A stretch of 64,000 nucleotides of DNA, taken from assembly GCA_001004905.1 (NCBI GenBank), contig LCRY01000002.1, forward strand, positions 269,873-333,872, written 5' to 3'. Positions 17,841 through 28,100 of the stretch are shown here, piece after piece (positions within the stretch are counted from its first letter, which is position 1; each line of letters starts with the position of its first letter). This DNA is from Parcubacteria group bacterium GW2011_GWA1_56_13 (lineage in GTDB: Bacteria; Patescibacteriota; Minisyncoccia; Phycocordibacterales; Phycocordibacteraceae). The notes beneath the pieces were generated by a model. That model was not told the DNA's origin and did not search any database. It worked only from the letters and a program-made list of their open reading frames with translations. A program made the position numbers and the translations under genes.

Positions 17841-19808
17841 TTATACGCCGATGGATCTGAGGAACGCCTTGTTGTTTGGCTTGCGGCCGAGGAATCCGCG
17901 GACGAGATCTATTTCCTCCTGGCTCGAACCTTTTTCCAATATCCAACGGCGGTAATCTCTGCCGGTCTTTGGATTCAACACACCCTCTTTTGCGAACCGG
18001 CTGAACATATCTTCGGCATAGACCCGAGACCACAGGTAACCGTAATACCCGGCATCGTAGCCATGCGCGATATGGCCGAAACCGGCGAGCATGAGTTGGC
18101 GCCTCGGTGGCGCGATGCCGATCATCTCTCTGCTCAGTTTTGCGTATAGCGCCACGGGGTCTTTAGAACCTTTGGTATGGACGATCATGTCGAGCGAAGC
18201 GAGCACCAACTGACCTCGCACGTTCCATGCCTCGCCGAATGGACGCGCCTTGATAATACGCTTGATAAGGTCCGTCGGTAACGGACGACCGGTTTTATAA
18301 TGTTTCGAAAGGCGCTTCAACATCTGGGGGTCCCACACCCAGTTCTCAAGCATTTGCGACGGCGCTTCTGCGAAGTCCCAGGCCACATTGAAGCCCGCCT
18401 GCGCTCGATAGCGCGCTTTTGTCAGAGTGAAATGCATTACATGTCCGAATTCGTGGAAGAAGGTTTCCACCTCGCCATGGCTCATGAGCGACGGGTTCTC
18501 GGCGCTCGACTTCGGGAAATTCGCGACCATCGCGGCGAGCGGAGCACGATACGATTTTCCCTCTTGGCGTCCGTAGGTTACATCGAAGACGGCTGCATGT
18601 CCGTATTTTCCTTCGCGTGGGTAGAGATCGAGAAGAAAGCTCGAGAGGTACCCGTCGCGTTTGTCGTACACATCGTACATTTGCGCGTCGCGGTGCCAGA
18701 ACTTCACGCCTGACCGCTTTTTGAAAACGACTCCAAGCAATGTCTGGTATGTGGCGAGTGTCGCCTCCTTCACGTGCTCGAACGGAAAATATTCCTTCAC
18801 GAGGTCTGAATCAATATTGAATTTTTCCTTTCTGATCTGCTTGAATAAATACGCGATATCGTGCGAACCCAGAACTGCTTTCGCGTTACCGGTGCGACGG
18901 CGCTTATCAGCGTTAAGCATCGCCACGTCCTTGGCAACCCGCTTCTTCGTTCGTCGCTCAAGGTCGTTGATAAAGCGCCACACATTACGGGCAGATTTTG
19001 CCATGCGAAGCTCTGTTTGAAAGTCCGCATAGGAGCGGTAACCGAGCTGTCGAGCGATTCCACTGCGAAGCTTGAACATTTTCTTGAGGATGGAGATATT
19101 CTCTGGGCCGCCTCTTCGGAGGAATTTCTCGAGAAGTTCACGGCGGCGGTCTTCGTCATGAGCGCCGGCCATGTACGGATGGACGTCCGGATATGCCATC
19201 GTTACTTTGTACTTCCCGTCCACTTTCGTCAGGTTGGCACGATAGCTCTGTGGCAGTCCGTCGAGCTCCGACTCAGTGACGAGAATATAATCCTTGTTTT
19301 CGTTCAGATTTCGGTCGAAGGCGAGAGCCAATTTCCCAAGCATCTTGAGATTCGCCTTCAGTTTACTGAGCTGTGCCCTTGGTAGATCGAGACCCATGCG
19401 GGCGTACCCTTTCATCATATCTTCAAAGAGAATTTTTTCCGGACCGCCCAGCTTCTCTCTTTTCTTCGCATACTCTTTCAGCGCTCGGTACATCCGCGGG
19501 TCAAATTCGATTTCGACAAGTTTCTTCTGCAGTAGTTCGGCGGTCTCGGACGCCGCGGCGCGCACTTTGGGATCGGGGCTGACCTCTTTCAAAAGGCCCA
19601 CGCGATAAATCTCGTCCGTCGTCTGGTCATCGGACGCTTCGAGCGCATATACCGTATTCTCGAACGTACGCTTATCCGCCGGTATAGCGCGAATCCTCGC
19701 ATAATCTCCTTTCTTGCGGCGAACGATTCCGGCAAGAATTTTCCTAAAATCGGACTTGTTCCATTTTACCCATCTAAAATCCGTTCTCGTATACGGTTTA
19801 CGCTTCAT
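17841..19808 (-). CDS. M3-family zinc metallopeptidase (oligopeptidase A / Dcp-like)
   Basis: HEFGH zinc-binding motif (FFHEFGHVMH) and overall M3 architecture. Confidence 0.9.
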   Translation of the reverse strand: MKRKPYTRTDFRWVKWNKSDFRKILAGIVRRKKGDYARIRAIPADKRTFENTVYALEASDDQTTDEIYRVGLLKEVSPDPKVRAAASETAELLQKKLVEIEFDPRMYRALKEYAKKREKLGGPEKILFEDMMKGYARMGLDLPRAQLSKLKANLKMLGKLALAFDRNLNENKDYILVTESELDGLPQSYRANLTKVDGKYKVTMAYPDVHPYMAGAHDEDRRRELLEKFLRRGGPENISILKKMFKLRSGIARQLGYRSYADFQTELRMAKSARNVWRFINDLERRTKKRVAKDVAMLNADKRRRTGNAKAVLGSHDIAYLFKQIRKEKFNIDSDLVKEYFPFEHVKEATLATYQTLLGVVFKKRSGVKFWHRDAQMYDVYDKRDGYLSSFLLDLYPREGKYGHAAVFDVTYGRQEGKSYRAPLAAMVANFPKSSAENPSLMSHGEVETFFHEFGHVMHFTLTKARYRAQAGFNVAWDFAEAPSQMLENWVWDPQMLKRLSKHYKTGRPLPTDLIKRIIKARPFGEAWNVRGQLVLASLDMIVHTKGSKDPVALYAKLSREMIGIAPPRRQLMLAGFGHIAHGYDAGYYGYLWSRVYAEDMFSRFAKEGVLNPKTGRDYRRWILEKGSSQEEIDLVRGFLGRKPNNKAFLRSIGV

Positions 19809-19876
19809 AATTCGAAAAGCATATCACATACCTGTGTACGAAACCATTTTGATAATCTGTAGTATTCTTAGCCCAA

Positions 19877-20245
19877 ATGTACACCTCATCCCCGGTCATC
19901 GCGTTTGATTTCGACGGAGTCATCGCATCATATTCCGGGTTCATAGCGCATGACGATGTGCAGACGCCGAACGCCGAAGTGGTGAAAGCCATGAAACTGC
20001 TACGGGGACAAGGTTGTAAGATACTCATCCATTCCACTCGCGGGGATGAGTTCCTGAGGAAGTACTGCGAAAAATTTTCGATACCGTTCGATTACATAAA
20101 CCGGCGACCGGACCTCGAGGGCGAAAATCCGGGGAAGCCTATCGCATCCGTCTATGTGGATGACCGAACCATCTGCTATCGCGGAGAGGACGCGCAGACG
20201 CTGATAGCAAAGATCGCGCAGTTCAAACCGTATTGGAAAGAATAG
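19877..20245 (+). CDS. small HAD-superfamily hydrolase-like protein
   Basis: Motif I: IAFDFDGVI. Confidence 0.5.
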   Translation: MYTSSPVIAFDFDGVIASYSGFIAHDDVQTPNAEVVKAMKLLRGQGCKILIHSTRGDEFLRKYCEKFSIPFDYINRRPDLEGENPGKPIASVYVDDRTICYRGEDAQTLIAKIAQFKPYWKE

Positions 20246-20278
20246 CCGCCTCACTTGGCGGTGAGACCGCCAAGTGAG

Positions 20279-20974
20279 TTATAGCCAATCAATCGGAGTT
20301 TTGCCGTGAGCGACGAGGTACTCGTTCGCCTTGCTGAAGTGCTTGCAGCCGAAGAAGCCGTTCGCGGCGGAAAAAGGGGACGGATGCGGCGCTTCGAGCA
20401 CGAGATGTTTGTTCCTATCGATGTGCGCGCCTTTTTGCTTCGCATAGTTGCCCCACAGCATGAAAACGAGATGTTCCCGGCAATCGGAGAGCGCGCGGAT
20501 GGCGGCATCGGTGAACAGTTCCCACCCCTTGCCTTGGTGGCTTCCCGCGCTCGCCGCCCGGACGGTCAAAGTCGCATTCAACAACAGAACGCCCTGTCTT
20601 GCCCAGCGCGTGAGGTCGCCCGTTCGGCCTGCTGGCCTCAGGACTTCCTCGCTCTGCGCTCGGTCGCCCCCAACATCGTTTTGTATTTCCTTAAAGATAT
20701 TGTTAAGCGAAGGCGGGATGGGTACATGTTCGTCCACAGCGAACGCAAGGCCGTTGGCCTGCCGCGCGCCATGGTATGGGTCTTGTCCCAGAATAACGAC
20801 TTTTACGTTCTCGAATGGGCACAAGTCGAATGCGCGGAAAATATTCTTCGGCGGCGGATATATCCTGTCTCCCGCATATTCTTTCTTCACGAACGCCGTG
20901 AGTTCGGCAAAATACGGCTTTTCGAACTCTGCCGCGAGCTTCTGCTTCCACGACGGTTCGATTTGTACTTCCAT
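20279..20974 (-). CDS. ung: uracil-DNA glycosylase, family 1
   Basis: GQDPYH and HPSPFSA motifs. Confidence 0.93.
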   Translation of the reverse strand: MEVQIEPSWKQKLAAEFEKPYFAELTAFVKKEYAGDRIYPPPKNIFRAFDLCPFENVKVVILGQDPYHGARQANGLAFAVDEHVPIPPSLNNIFKEIQNDVGGDRAQSEEVLRPAGRTGDLTRWARQGVLLLNATLTVRAASAGSHQGKGWELFTDAAIRALSDCREHLVFMLWGNYAKQKGAHIDRNKHLVLEAPHPSPFSAANGFFGCKHFSKANEYLVAHGKTPIDWL

Positions 20975-20975
20975 G

Positions 20976-21241
20976 CTAGAGGCGCACCCCTTCCGCCTTG
21001 AGCAAGGCGCGTTTTTCGGCGAGGCCGCCGCGATTGTAGCCGCCGAGCGCGCCGTCGGCGCGGATGACGCGGTGGCACGGCACGCTTGGATCGTAGTTAC
21101 GCTTCATCACCATGCCGACCGCACGTGCCGCCCCGGGGTAGCCAGCGGCGCGCGCAACGTCGCCATAGCTCTTCGTCTTCCCTTTCGGGATCTGGCGGAC
21201 GGCATCCCGGACGCGGCGTGCGAACGAAGTTTCTTTCATAT
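20976..21241 (-). CDS. MGMT-family alkyltransferase C-terminal (DNA-binding) domain protein
   Basis: PCHRVI active-site motif and the helix-turn-wing region; start at MKETSF. Confidence 0.75.
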
Positions 21242-21246
21242 TAGAT

Positions 21247-22080
21247 CTATTCCTTCTTTTTGTTCCTGCTGTGAAGCTCGCGCAGTATCCTTCCGGCATT
21301 TTCACGGTACGTGCAGTATTCGCACGGTCCTCCGCCGAACGAAGTGCCGATGGCGGGAATTTCCTCGCTCATGAGCATCTTTTTCAAGTCGAAAATCGCC
21401 GGCTCGACCCACGTGTCGCTCCCGGTATACGGGATAAGCTCTATGTCGAACTCGAGCTTCCCGTCGAAGGCCTTTGCGTCAGATTTTCCGTTCACGTATA
21501 CGAAATAGCTGGTCGGCGAAACCGGAAAACCGCTCTTTCGGAACAGCCACTGATAGATCTCCATTTGCCGCTTGTACGAATCATAGAGGTCGTCCTCGGT
21601 CGTCGGCCCCACCTTTTTACTGGTCGCCTTGTAGTCCACGATGATGAATTCTCCCGCCGGGTTGGTCCAGACGTCGTCGACACCTCCTCGCACCAGAATA
21701 TTCGTCGGCGCGTGCAGGAAGCTCACGCCTCGACGAAGCGCGTCGCGCCATTCTTCCATCCGTTCATCGGCGAGCGGTACCGCATCGAGCCCGTAGCGCT
21801 CCATGAGCGGGTGCTTGGTGCCTTGCGCGCGGTGGGTATCGAATTCGCGTTTGAGGAGTTCATCAACCGCATTGTTGAGCGTGAATGCCGGCATGGAAGG
21901 ACGCTTCACGCCAAGCCGCAGGTCGAGATAGGCGCAGCGCGGGCACTCGGTAAAGAGGTCTATTTTTGAGCGACTCACCCTGAACGGCTCCGGCAGGGAT
22001 GGATCGAACGGTCCGCCCCGACGTCCCTTCGGCGAAGCCGTTTTCGCTGCGTGTTTCGGTTTTGCATGTGATCCCTTCAT
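21247..22080 (-). CDS. PD-(D/E)xK nuclease family protein with Cas4/RecB-like Cys cluster (CPRC ... CEYC)
   Basis: IVDYKAT (D..EXK) plus four Cys in the N- and C-terminal regions. No CRISPR array nearby. Confidence 0.6.
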   Translation of the reverse strand: MKGSHAKPKHAAKTASPKGRRGGPFDPSLPEPFRVSRSKIDLFTECPRCAYLDLRLGVKRPSMPAFTLNNAVDELLKREFDTHRAQGTKHPLMERYGLDAVPLADERMEEWRDALRRGVSFLHAPTNILVRGGVDDVWTNPAGEFIIVDYKATSKKVGPTTEDDLYDSYKRQMEIYQWLFRKSGFPVSPTSYFVYVNGKSDAKAFDGKLEFDIELIPYTGSDTWVEPAIFDLKKMLMSEEIPAIGTSFGGGPCEYCTYRENAGRILRELHSRNKKKE

Positions 22081-22970
22081 ATCATCTGGCGCTGGAGGGG
22101 GGCGCCGGGCATAACATGCACGGGCGCCGCAGGAAGTTCGAGAAGTCCCTCCGCTTCAGCAAGAAGCTCCCCCACTCGTGTGCTTGAAAGGTGAAGAGGG
22201 TTCAGCGTACGACGGTCTTGCACGATCTCATCCACTGCGATGGTGCCGCCTTCGATTAGGATCCGCTTTTCAGCGCGCGAAAGCCCGGTGAGCGTCGTGA
22301 TCGGATATATCCGGGCGCGGCTCATGCGTACAAAAAGGTTATCGTCGGCAGGATGGCCCCAGCCCAAGAGCTCGACTCCGGAGCACTGCGCATACGCGAT
22401 CGCCTCGGAGGTGAATTTCGTGTTGGTGATCAGGATGCCGCGGTCGATGGAACATGCGCGGACCTTGGGGTCGCAGTTGAAAATATCGTCGAAACGGCTT
22501 TTCACGTACAGCGCGACCTTCAGGTCGGTCTTGTAGCCCGGATCGTTATGATACTTGAGCTCGGCGGCGAGGAATTCGTTTTTTTCAGGATGCGAGGCGT
22601 AGAAATCGACTTCATGCGGCACGCATTTCCCCCGGATGACCTTGCGCGTCTCGACCTGCCAACCTTCTGCACGATACAGATGCGAAACAAAATCTTCAAA
22701 AGGGTGCCCCGACGGGCCAAGCTCAAGAAGAGCCCTCCGCAAAGCATATCGAGCGGCAACGGGGCGTGCCTCTCTGCGCAGAAGTGCGAACGCGCGCGTA
22801 TAGACCTCTCTCGAAGAAGTGTCCGGTACGACGCTGCCGGTAATGACCCGGGCGATGCGCTGCGCCGTAAAAGGCCTCGCGCCCGAGCGCTCGAGCGACA
22901 CGATAAGACGCTGCGGATCGAAGATCTCTTTTGAACCGTCCGCTTTGACGATGAGGGGAAGTGCGGTCAT
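22077..22970 (-). CDS. ATP-cone domain fused to an Mrr-like restriction-endonuclease domain; start at MTALPLIV
   Basis: LIVKADGSKEIFDPQRLIVSLERSG (ATP-cone); FEDFVSHLYRAEGWQVE...VDFYA (Mrr_cat-like). Confidence 0.55.
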   Translation of the reverse strand: MTALPLIVKADGSKEIFDPQRLIVSLERSGARPFTAQRIARVITGSVVPDTSSREVYTRAFALLRREARPVAARYALRRALLELGPSGHPFEDFVSHLYRAEGWQVETRKVIRGKCVPHEVDFYASHPEKNEFLAAELKYHNDPGYKTDLKVALYVKSRFDDIFNCDPKVRACSIDRGILITNTKFTSEAIAYAQCSGVELLGWGHPADDNLFVRMSRARIYPITTLTGLSRAEKRILIEGGTIAVDEIVQDRRTLNPLHLSSTRVGELLAEAEGLLELPAAPVHVMPGAPLQRQMI

Positions 22971-23380
22971 GACGGAGTCGTGCTTGCGATGGAACCGTTC
23001 ACTGTCGCCGTTATCGGGAGTGCGGCCGGCGCCGAAACCGTCGTCTTGAAATCGGCGCGCGTGGGAACCTGGAGACAAACGCACGAATCGCTCTCGAGGA
23101 TAAGAGCGACAAGGATCCCCTCGGTGTTCGAGGCGCTGCCGGAAACGCTCGCCGAAGCGGAGACCGTCGTGCATGCATCCGGTGTTTCAACCGAGCCGGT
23201 GATCGTGTGCGTGCCGTTCTTGAACGCATCCCGGAGGGCAACCGTGGGCACCGTTGCCGCAGGAGCGATAGACGCGGATTCCGGCCCCAAATCGCGGGTG
23301 TGCGGAACCGAGAGAGCGAAGGCGACCAGTATCACGAACGCGATAATGGCGGCGGAGATCCAAAGGCGCATGCGATTCAT
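22967..23380 (-). CDS. small secreted hypothetical protein (N-terminal TM/signal, Thr/Ser/Ala-rich)
   Basis: MNRMRLWISAAIIAFVILVAFALS... Confidence 0.4.
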   Translation of the reverse strand: MNRMRLWISAAIIAFVILVAFALSVPHTRDLGPESASIAPAATVPTVALRDAFKNGTHTITGSVETPDACTTVSASASVSGSASNTEGILVALILESDSCVCLQVPTRADFKTTVSAPAALPITATVNGSIASTTPS

Positions 23381-24417
23381 CCCGCTATGATACCACCGCC
23401 GACGAGTTCGTCATCTGTATAGAAAACGACCGATTGGCCGGGGGCGGGAATCTCGGGAAGTGCGGTATCGCTTACAAAATAATTGTCCTCGCTTATATGA
23501 CCTCTCACGCGCGGCCCGCGATAACGGTACTGCGCTTCTTGTGCGAACGCCGGGGACTGAAACCAATTAGCATCCTTGAAACGTATTGTCTGTTCGGAGG
23601 ACGCTCGTGTTTTCGAGACCTGTATCTCTTTTTTCTCGACGTCCTTGCCGACTACGTACCACGGTCCCTTTTTCGCCAGAGCTTCGGAGGGCAGACTTTC
23701 AGAACTGACTCGTTGGCCGATGGTATATAAAAGCGCGGGATTATCGGTTCCGAGCTCCGCCCGTAAGAATTCTTCGATGGAAACGCTGCCGAGAAAACAC
23801 ACTCCCTGGCTGTCCTTTTTCTCGGCAACCGGCAGACGAAACCGTTTTGCAAGCATCCGCACATCTTCTTTTCTATGGTTCCCTACCGGAAATATCGTCG
23901 CGGCCAGGATATCCCTCGGCACGGCCCAGAGGAAATAGCTCTGGTCTTTCTCGCCGCTGCGATAGTGCCCGGTCGCGATGGTGTCCGCGCCGTGCGCTTT
24001 TGCGAAGCGATAAAATGCCCCACATTTCACTTCCCTATTGCACATAACGTCGGGATTCGGCGTCCGTCCGGCGCGGTACTCCTCGACCAAATAATTAATA
24101 ACGCCTGTTTTGTATTCCGCGCTTGCGTCAAGCGTGAGGAACGGAATGTGGAGTCGCGCCGCGACCCGCATCGCGTCGCGTCGTTCCGCCGCCCAGGTGC
24201 AAGGCATTCCGGGCGGATACCACCCCTTGATGAACACGCCTGTTACTTCCGCGCCTGCTTCTTTCAACAGTGCCGCTGACACGGCAGAATCCACCCCGCC
24301 TGACAGTCCCACGAATATCTTCTTCCCTTGTACGTCCACCCCATTAGAAGTCCGGCTCGCATGCGAGTCGGCAGACATTTCCAATGTCTTGCTTCTAACG
24401 GGGTCCATATGCGTCAT
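23377..24417 (-). CDS. mnmA: tRNA-specific 2-thiouridylase MnmA
   Basis: PP-loop SGGVDS; MnmA fold. Confidence 0.92.
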   Translation of the reverse strand: MTHMDPVRSKTLEMSADSHASRTSNGVDVQGKKIFVGLSGGVDSAVSAALLKEAGAEVTGVFIKGWYPPGMPCTWAAERRDAMRVAARLHIPFLTLDASAEYKTGVINYLVEEYRAGRTPNPDVMCNREVKCGAFYRFAKAHGADTIATGHYRSGEKDQSYFLWAVPRDILAATIFPVGNHRKEDVRMLAKRFRLPVAEKKDSQGVCFLGSVSIEEFLRAELGTDNPALLYTIGQRVSSESLPSEALAKKGPWYVVGKDVEKKEIQVSKTRASSEQTIRFKDANWFQSPAFAQEAQYRYRGPRVRGHISEDNYFVSDTALPEIPAPGQSVVFYTDDELVGGGIIAG

Positions 24418-24533
24418 CTAATCACGTGCCGCAGAATTATAAAAGCGAGCCACCGATCCGATGCATGAGAATAAGACTCGGCCAAGCGGTTCGGAGCGGC
24501 TCATGCACAACATATGCGGCGAAGCTGTTTGGT

Positions 24534-25499
24534 TTACCGCAAATACTTCGCTTGGTTCGCCTGATGGGCGGCGTAGGTCATGGCGTAATGCATCACGCCA
24601 TTTCTGTCGGTGAGGTAATACAGGTAATCGGTCTTCGTCGGATGCAGGGCGGCGTTGAGAGCATTGAGCCCGGGATTGTTGATAGGGCCCGGCGGGAGTC
24701 CGACATGGGTATAGGTATTGTAAGGAGAGTCCACGGTGAGATCTGCGAAGGAAGGCGAGTAGGTATCGCGATTGAAGATGTAGCCGAACACAGCATCGAC
24801 TTGGAGCGGCATGCCGAGCGCGAGACGATTCCATAAGACGCCCGCGACGAGACGTCTGTGTTCGGTCGTGCGCGCCTCCTTTTCGATGAGAGATGCCATG
24901 ATAACGACGGATCCGAGTGAGTGCCCCGACGCTCGTATATCGGGAAGCAGTGGGCGTATCTTCGCGTCGAAGTTCTCCCGCATGGTGGCGACTATTTTTT
25001 CAATGGTCGTATCGGGGGGAAACAGATAGGTGTCGGGGAATAGGTATCCTTCGTTCGGCTTTCCCGCTCGTATGAAATCCTCCGCAGGGAGAAGCGGCAA
25101 CGCGCCTGCGACCCGGAGCGCCATCTCACGCACCGTCGTGCCCTCAGGAAAGGTGATGCGTGCCGGAGGGAGGTCATACGCGCCCACGGCCAGCCGGTAC
25201 GCGACAGTGAGCGCATTTTCCGGTGTTCTGAAAAAGTACGCACCCGCCTGCACATGAGAACCGGCGCCCGAGATCCGCAGGACGAAGCGCAGGACCTCGG
25301 GATGCTTGACGATGAGGGCGTCGGAGAGCTGTCGCGCTATGTCGGGCACTGACGCTCCCTGGGAAATGGAAATGATATCGCCGGAGGGAAAGTCCCGCGG
25401 CGGCGCAAGCACGAAGACGTACCCGATAACGAGAACGAAGGCAAGAGCGAGTGCTCCAACCATTCGGATATTCCGCTGTGAAAAATCGAAGCGGTTCAC
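24534..25499 (-). CDS. mltG: endolytic murein transglycosylase MltG (YceG-like)
   Basis: YceG domain with an N-terminal TM helix. Confidence 0.88.
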   Translation of the reverse strand: MNRFDFSQRNIRMVGALALAFVLVIGYVFVLAPPRDFPSGDIISISQGASVPDIARQLSDALIVKHPEVLRFVLRISGAGSHVQAGAYFFRTPENALTVAYRLAVGAYDLPPARITFPEGTTVREMALRVAGALPLLPAEDFIRAGKPNEGYLFPDTYLFPPDTTIEKIVATMRENFDAKIRPLLPDIRASGHSLGSVVIMASLIEKEARTTEHRRLVAGVLWNRLALGMPLQVDAVFGYIFNRDTYSPSFADLTVDSPYNTYTHVGLPPGPINNPGLNALNAALHPTKTDYLYYLTDRNGVMHYAMTYAAHQANQAKYLR

Positions 25500-26866
25500 A
25501 CAGGCAGATCAGGAGGGGCTTCGGCCGTCGGCGACTGAATGCGACGGAGTCCGGGCGTCGCAACGGTGCTCGAAGGAACGTGAAAAACAGTGGCGATCTC
25601 CTCCGTGCTCATGACCATTGCATTGTCCATGGCGAACGGTTCGTGGAAATACTGCCGGCGACGGAATGCCTGCACGATCTGCCTGCGGAAAGCATCCTTG
25701 CGACGCTCATTTCCGAACTCCCAGGGATAATCGCTGAACTCCATGCCGAAGTGGGTCGCTTTGACGCCGTTCCAGCCCTCCGAGTTGAACGCTTTGAAGA
25801 GGCTGATCATGCCGGTGATGAAGGTAGGATTGAAATGCTTCGGTTCAGCGATATAGACACCGCGACCACCGACGTCAAACGCGAGTTTTGACACATTGCG
25901 CTCAATGGCGGCGATGGTCTCCGACTGTCCTTTCGTCGGGTTCGGAAAGCCTTCGGTTTCGATCATTTTTCCGCTCGCCGAATCGAAGTATTTGAATTTC
26001 CTCGTCGTCTCGCGGCGTATCTTGTCCACTTCTTCGAGCGCTTGGTCGCGCCAGGTAAACCGCTTACCTTTCTCGTTTTTCTTATTGTATTTCTCGCCCG
26101 CGTGCACGCGGATGATGAATTGCAACCAGAAATACTGATGCTTTCCTATCGAACCCATGAATTCGACGATGCTTGCGAAAGGGTCTACCTGCTCGGGCTC
26201 CTTCTGCGTCTTGTCGAGGCCGTACTCGACATATGTCTTGATCGGGTACGCGTCGATCGGCTGTGTGTGTTTATAATCGCAGCCCCATACGCCCCACTCT
26301 CCGGGTTCCGCGCTGATGGTGCGCGTATAATCCATCGCCTCGACCATTTGCACGCCGGGATACTGGGAATAAAACGCGTTCTCGACGAGCTTGCGGAAAT
26401 CCGCGCGCGTCCACACGAAAAAATGTATCTCTCCCTCGAACGAAGCGATCTCCAACGACCAATACGGACGTACCTGGCCCTGCCAATATATCTGGAACCA
26501 GTTGCTCTCGCCCTTCGTATAGTGGATGCTGGATAATACCGTTTCCATGGCAAGCGGCGTTTTTACCAAATTTCGCGGCAGCTTGATCTCGAGCAGGACA
26601 TATGGTCGGGTCGCGATGAATTCGGAGCGTATGTACACGAGCCACAGCGTGAATGCGCCGCCCACGAGAAGGAACGGCAGCCACAAGGGCGCAAGGAAAA
26701 GCGCGAGCGAAAGGGACGCGGCGACCTGGGCCGGGAAAAATACGTAGGCGAGGAAGAGGAGAGTTATTCCCGCAATGAGGGGTGGCCACCGGAACGGGCG
26801 GATGCCCACGGTGTCGCGCGCATCGTTGACCAGCTTCGCAAGCTTGTCGTAGAAAGGAAGTAACAT
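25496..26866 (-). CDS. hypothetical membrane protein (2 N-terminal TM helices plus a large domain)
   Basis: ORF only. A TATACT -10 box lies 8 nt upstream of the ATG (possibly leaderless). Confidence 0.45.
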   Translation of the reverse strand: MLLPFYDKLAKLVNDARDTVGIRPFRWPPLIAGITLLFLAYVFFPAQVAASLSLALFLAPLWLPFLLVGGAFTLWLVYIRSEFIATRPYVLLEIKLPRNLVKTPLAMETVLSSIHYTKGESNWFQIYWQGQVRPYWSLEIASFEGEIHFFVWTRADFRKLVENAFYSQYPGVQMVEAMDYTRTISAEPGEWGVWGCDYKHTQPIDAYPIKTYVEYGLDKTQKEPEQVDPFASIVEFMGSIGKHQYFWLQFIIRVHAGEKYNKKNEKGKRFTWRDQALEEVDKIRRETTRKFKYFDSASGKMIETEGFPNPTKGQSETIAAIERNVSKLAFDVGGRGVYIAEPKHFNPTFITGMISLFKAFNSEGWNGVKATHFGMEFSDYPWEFGNERRKDAFRRQIVQAFRRRQYFHEPFAMDNAMVMSTEEIATVFHVPSSTVATPGLRRIQSPTAEAPPDLPV

Positions 26867-26920
26867 GCCGCTTTAGTATACCACCACACTAATTTCAGAA
26901 TCATATTGGTGCGGTGGTAT

Positions 26921-26957
26921 ACCAACAAAATCGGCGGCGCTGAGTAGCGCCGCCGAT
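26921..26957 (-). terminator. intrinsic terminator after the sigma-region-4 gene
   Basis: Stem atcggcggcgc / gcgccgccgat followed by a T-run on the minus strand. Confidence 0.65.
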
Positions 26958-26972
26958 TTGCACGGATAAAAT

Positions 26973-28052
26973 TTATACGGCCGCGTAACGACCGTCGCGC
27001 AAACGCTTGAAGTAGCGTGAATCATTCAGGTTCACGAGGATGGTGTTGTCCTTCACGAAGCGTGCTTTCTTGACGTGCTTGATTATCTCGTCTTTCTTCA
27101 GAGGACCGGTCCGTTCGAGGGTCTCGCGAATGACATCGCGCACGACGCCCGGTGTGTAGCCCCATTCGGTGAGCGCGTACAACCCGCGGCCCACCAGAAC
27201 GAAGCGCGGGTCCTTAATGAGTTCGTTGTGCGTGGTGGCGATATGGGCTTTCTTGGAGAAAAGCGAGCCAATCGCCGCGGCGACAGCGGAAAAGTGCATC
27301 GGAGCGCCGTGACGCTTGATGGCGAGATAGGCGTAGTCGCGAACGCCTTTGATGCGGATGGCGGGTGCCGTGGCGCGCCCCCATTCGGCGAGCGGATTTT
27401 TGCTGATGCGTTTGGAAAGCGAGAGCCAGCGTTTTAGTACTTCTTCGTTCTTGTACGCATCGTTGACGTCTTTAAGCTCCTCAAGAAAGCGGTCGAGGAG
27501 TTCTCCCTCCGGCATGACTTCGTCATCGGACAAAGAAGCATACAGTTTTGAGAGCGCTTCGTGAATATGCTTCGCCGTGGCGTGGTCAACGTGCCAGCGC
27601 GCAAGAAAATCGTTCGTTTCGCGCTCGCGGAAAAATCCCGAATCGAGCATTAGAAAAAAACGGAACCGATTGCGGCTCTTCTCGTCCTTTCCGAGCACGG
27701 ACAAAAGCGTTTCCTCGGGTATGACGGCGCCGAGCGACTCGATGTACCGAGTGAGTTCGCCGAAGGCCGCGTTCGCTTCCTTGAAGGCCTTGCTTGCGCG
27801 TACCGCCTCGAGTCCGGCCGCCTCTATCTGACGGACGCGCTCGCGTGTGATGCCCGTACGGTCGCCGATGGATTCGAGGGTTTCGCGTTCCGGAGCTGCG
27901 CCGAGCCCGAACCGGCGGATAAGTATCTCGCGGGCCCGTTCCGGAGCGGCCGAGAGGAGCTTCTTCGTGAGGGCGGCGCTGTCAAACGAAAACGAGGCGG
28001 CCGGGGCTGTGCGGTTCTTCGCCTGCATGCTTGTTTTGCTGACCTGATTCAT
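26973..28052 (-). CDS. sigma-70 region-4-like HTH plus C-terminal HARE-HTH domain protein
   Basis: RAREILIRRFGL...TLESIGDRTGITRERVRQIE (region-4-like); C-terminus IKRHGAPMHFSAVAAAIGSL...DPRFVLVGRGLYALTEWGY (HARE-HTH-like). Confidence 0.5.
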   Translation of the reverse strand: MNQVSKTSMQAKNRTAPAASFSFDSAALTKKLLSAAPERAREILIRRFGLGAAPERETLESIGDRTGITRERVRQIEAAGLEAVRASKAFKEANAAFGELTRYIESLGAVIPEETLLSVLGKDEKSRNRFRFFLMLDSGFFRERETNDFLARWHVDHATAKHIHEALSKLYASLSDDEVMPEGELLDRFLEELKDVNDAYKNEEVLKRWLSLSKRISKNPLAEWGRATAPAIRIKGVRDYAYLAIKRHGAPMHFSAVAAAIGSLFSKKAHIATTHNELIKDPRFVLVGRGLYALTEWGYTPGVVRDVIRETLERTGPLKKDEIIKHVKKARFVKDNTILVNLNDSRYFKRLRDGRYAAV

Positions 28053-28100
28053 GTGGTCTAATTTATAGCAAACGCACCATAAACAGTCAATGGGTTCGGT

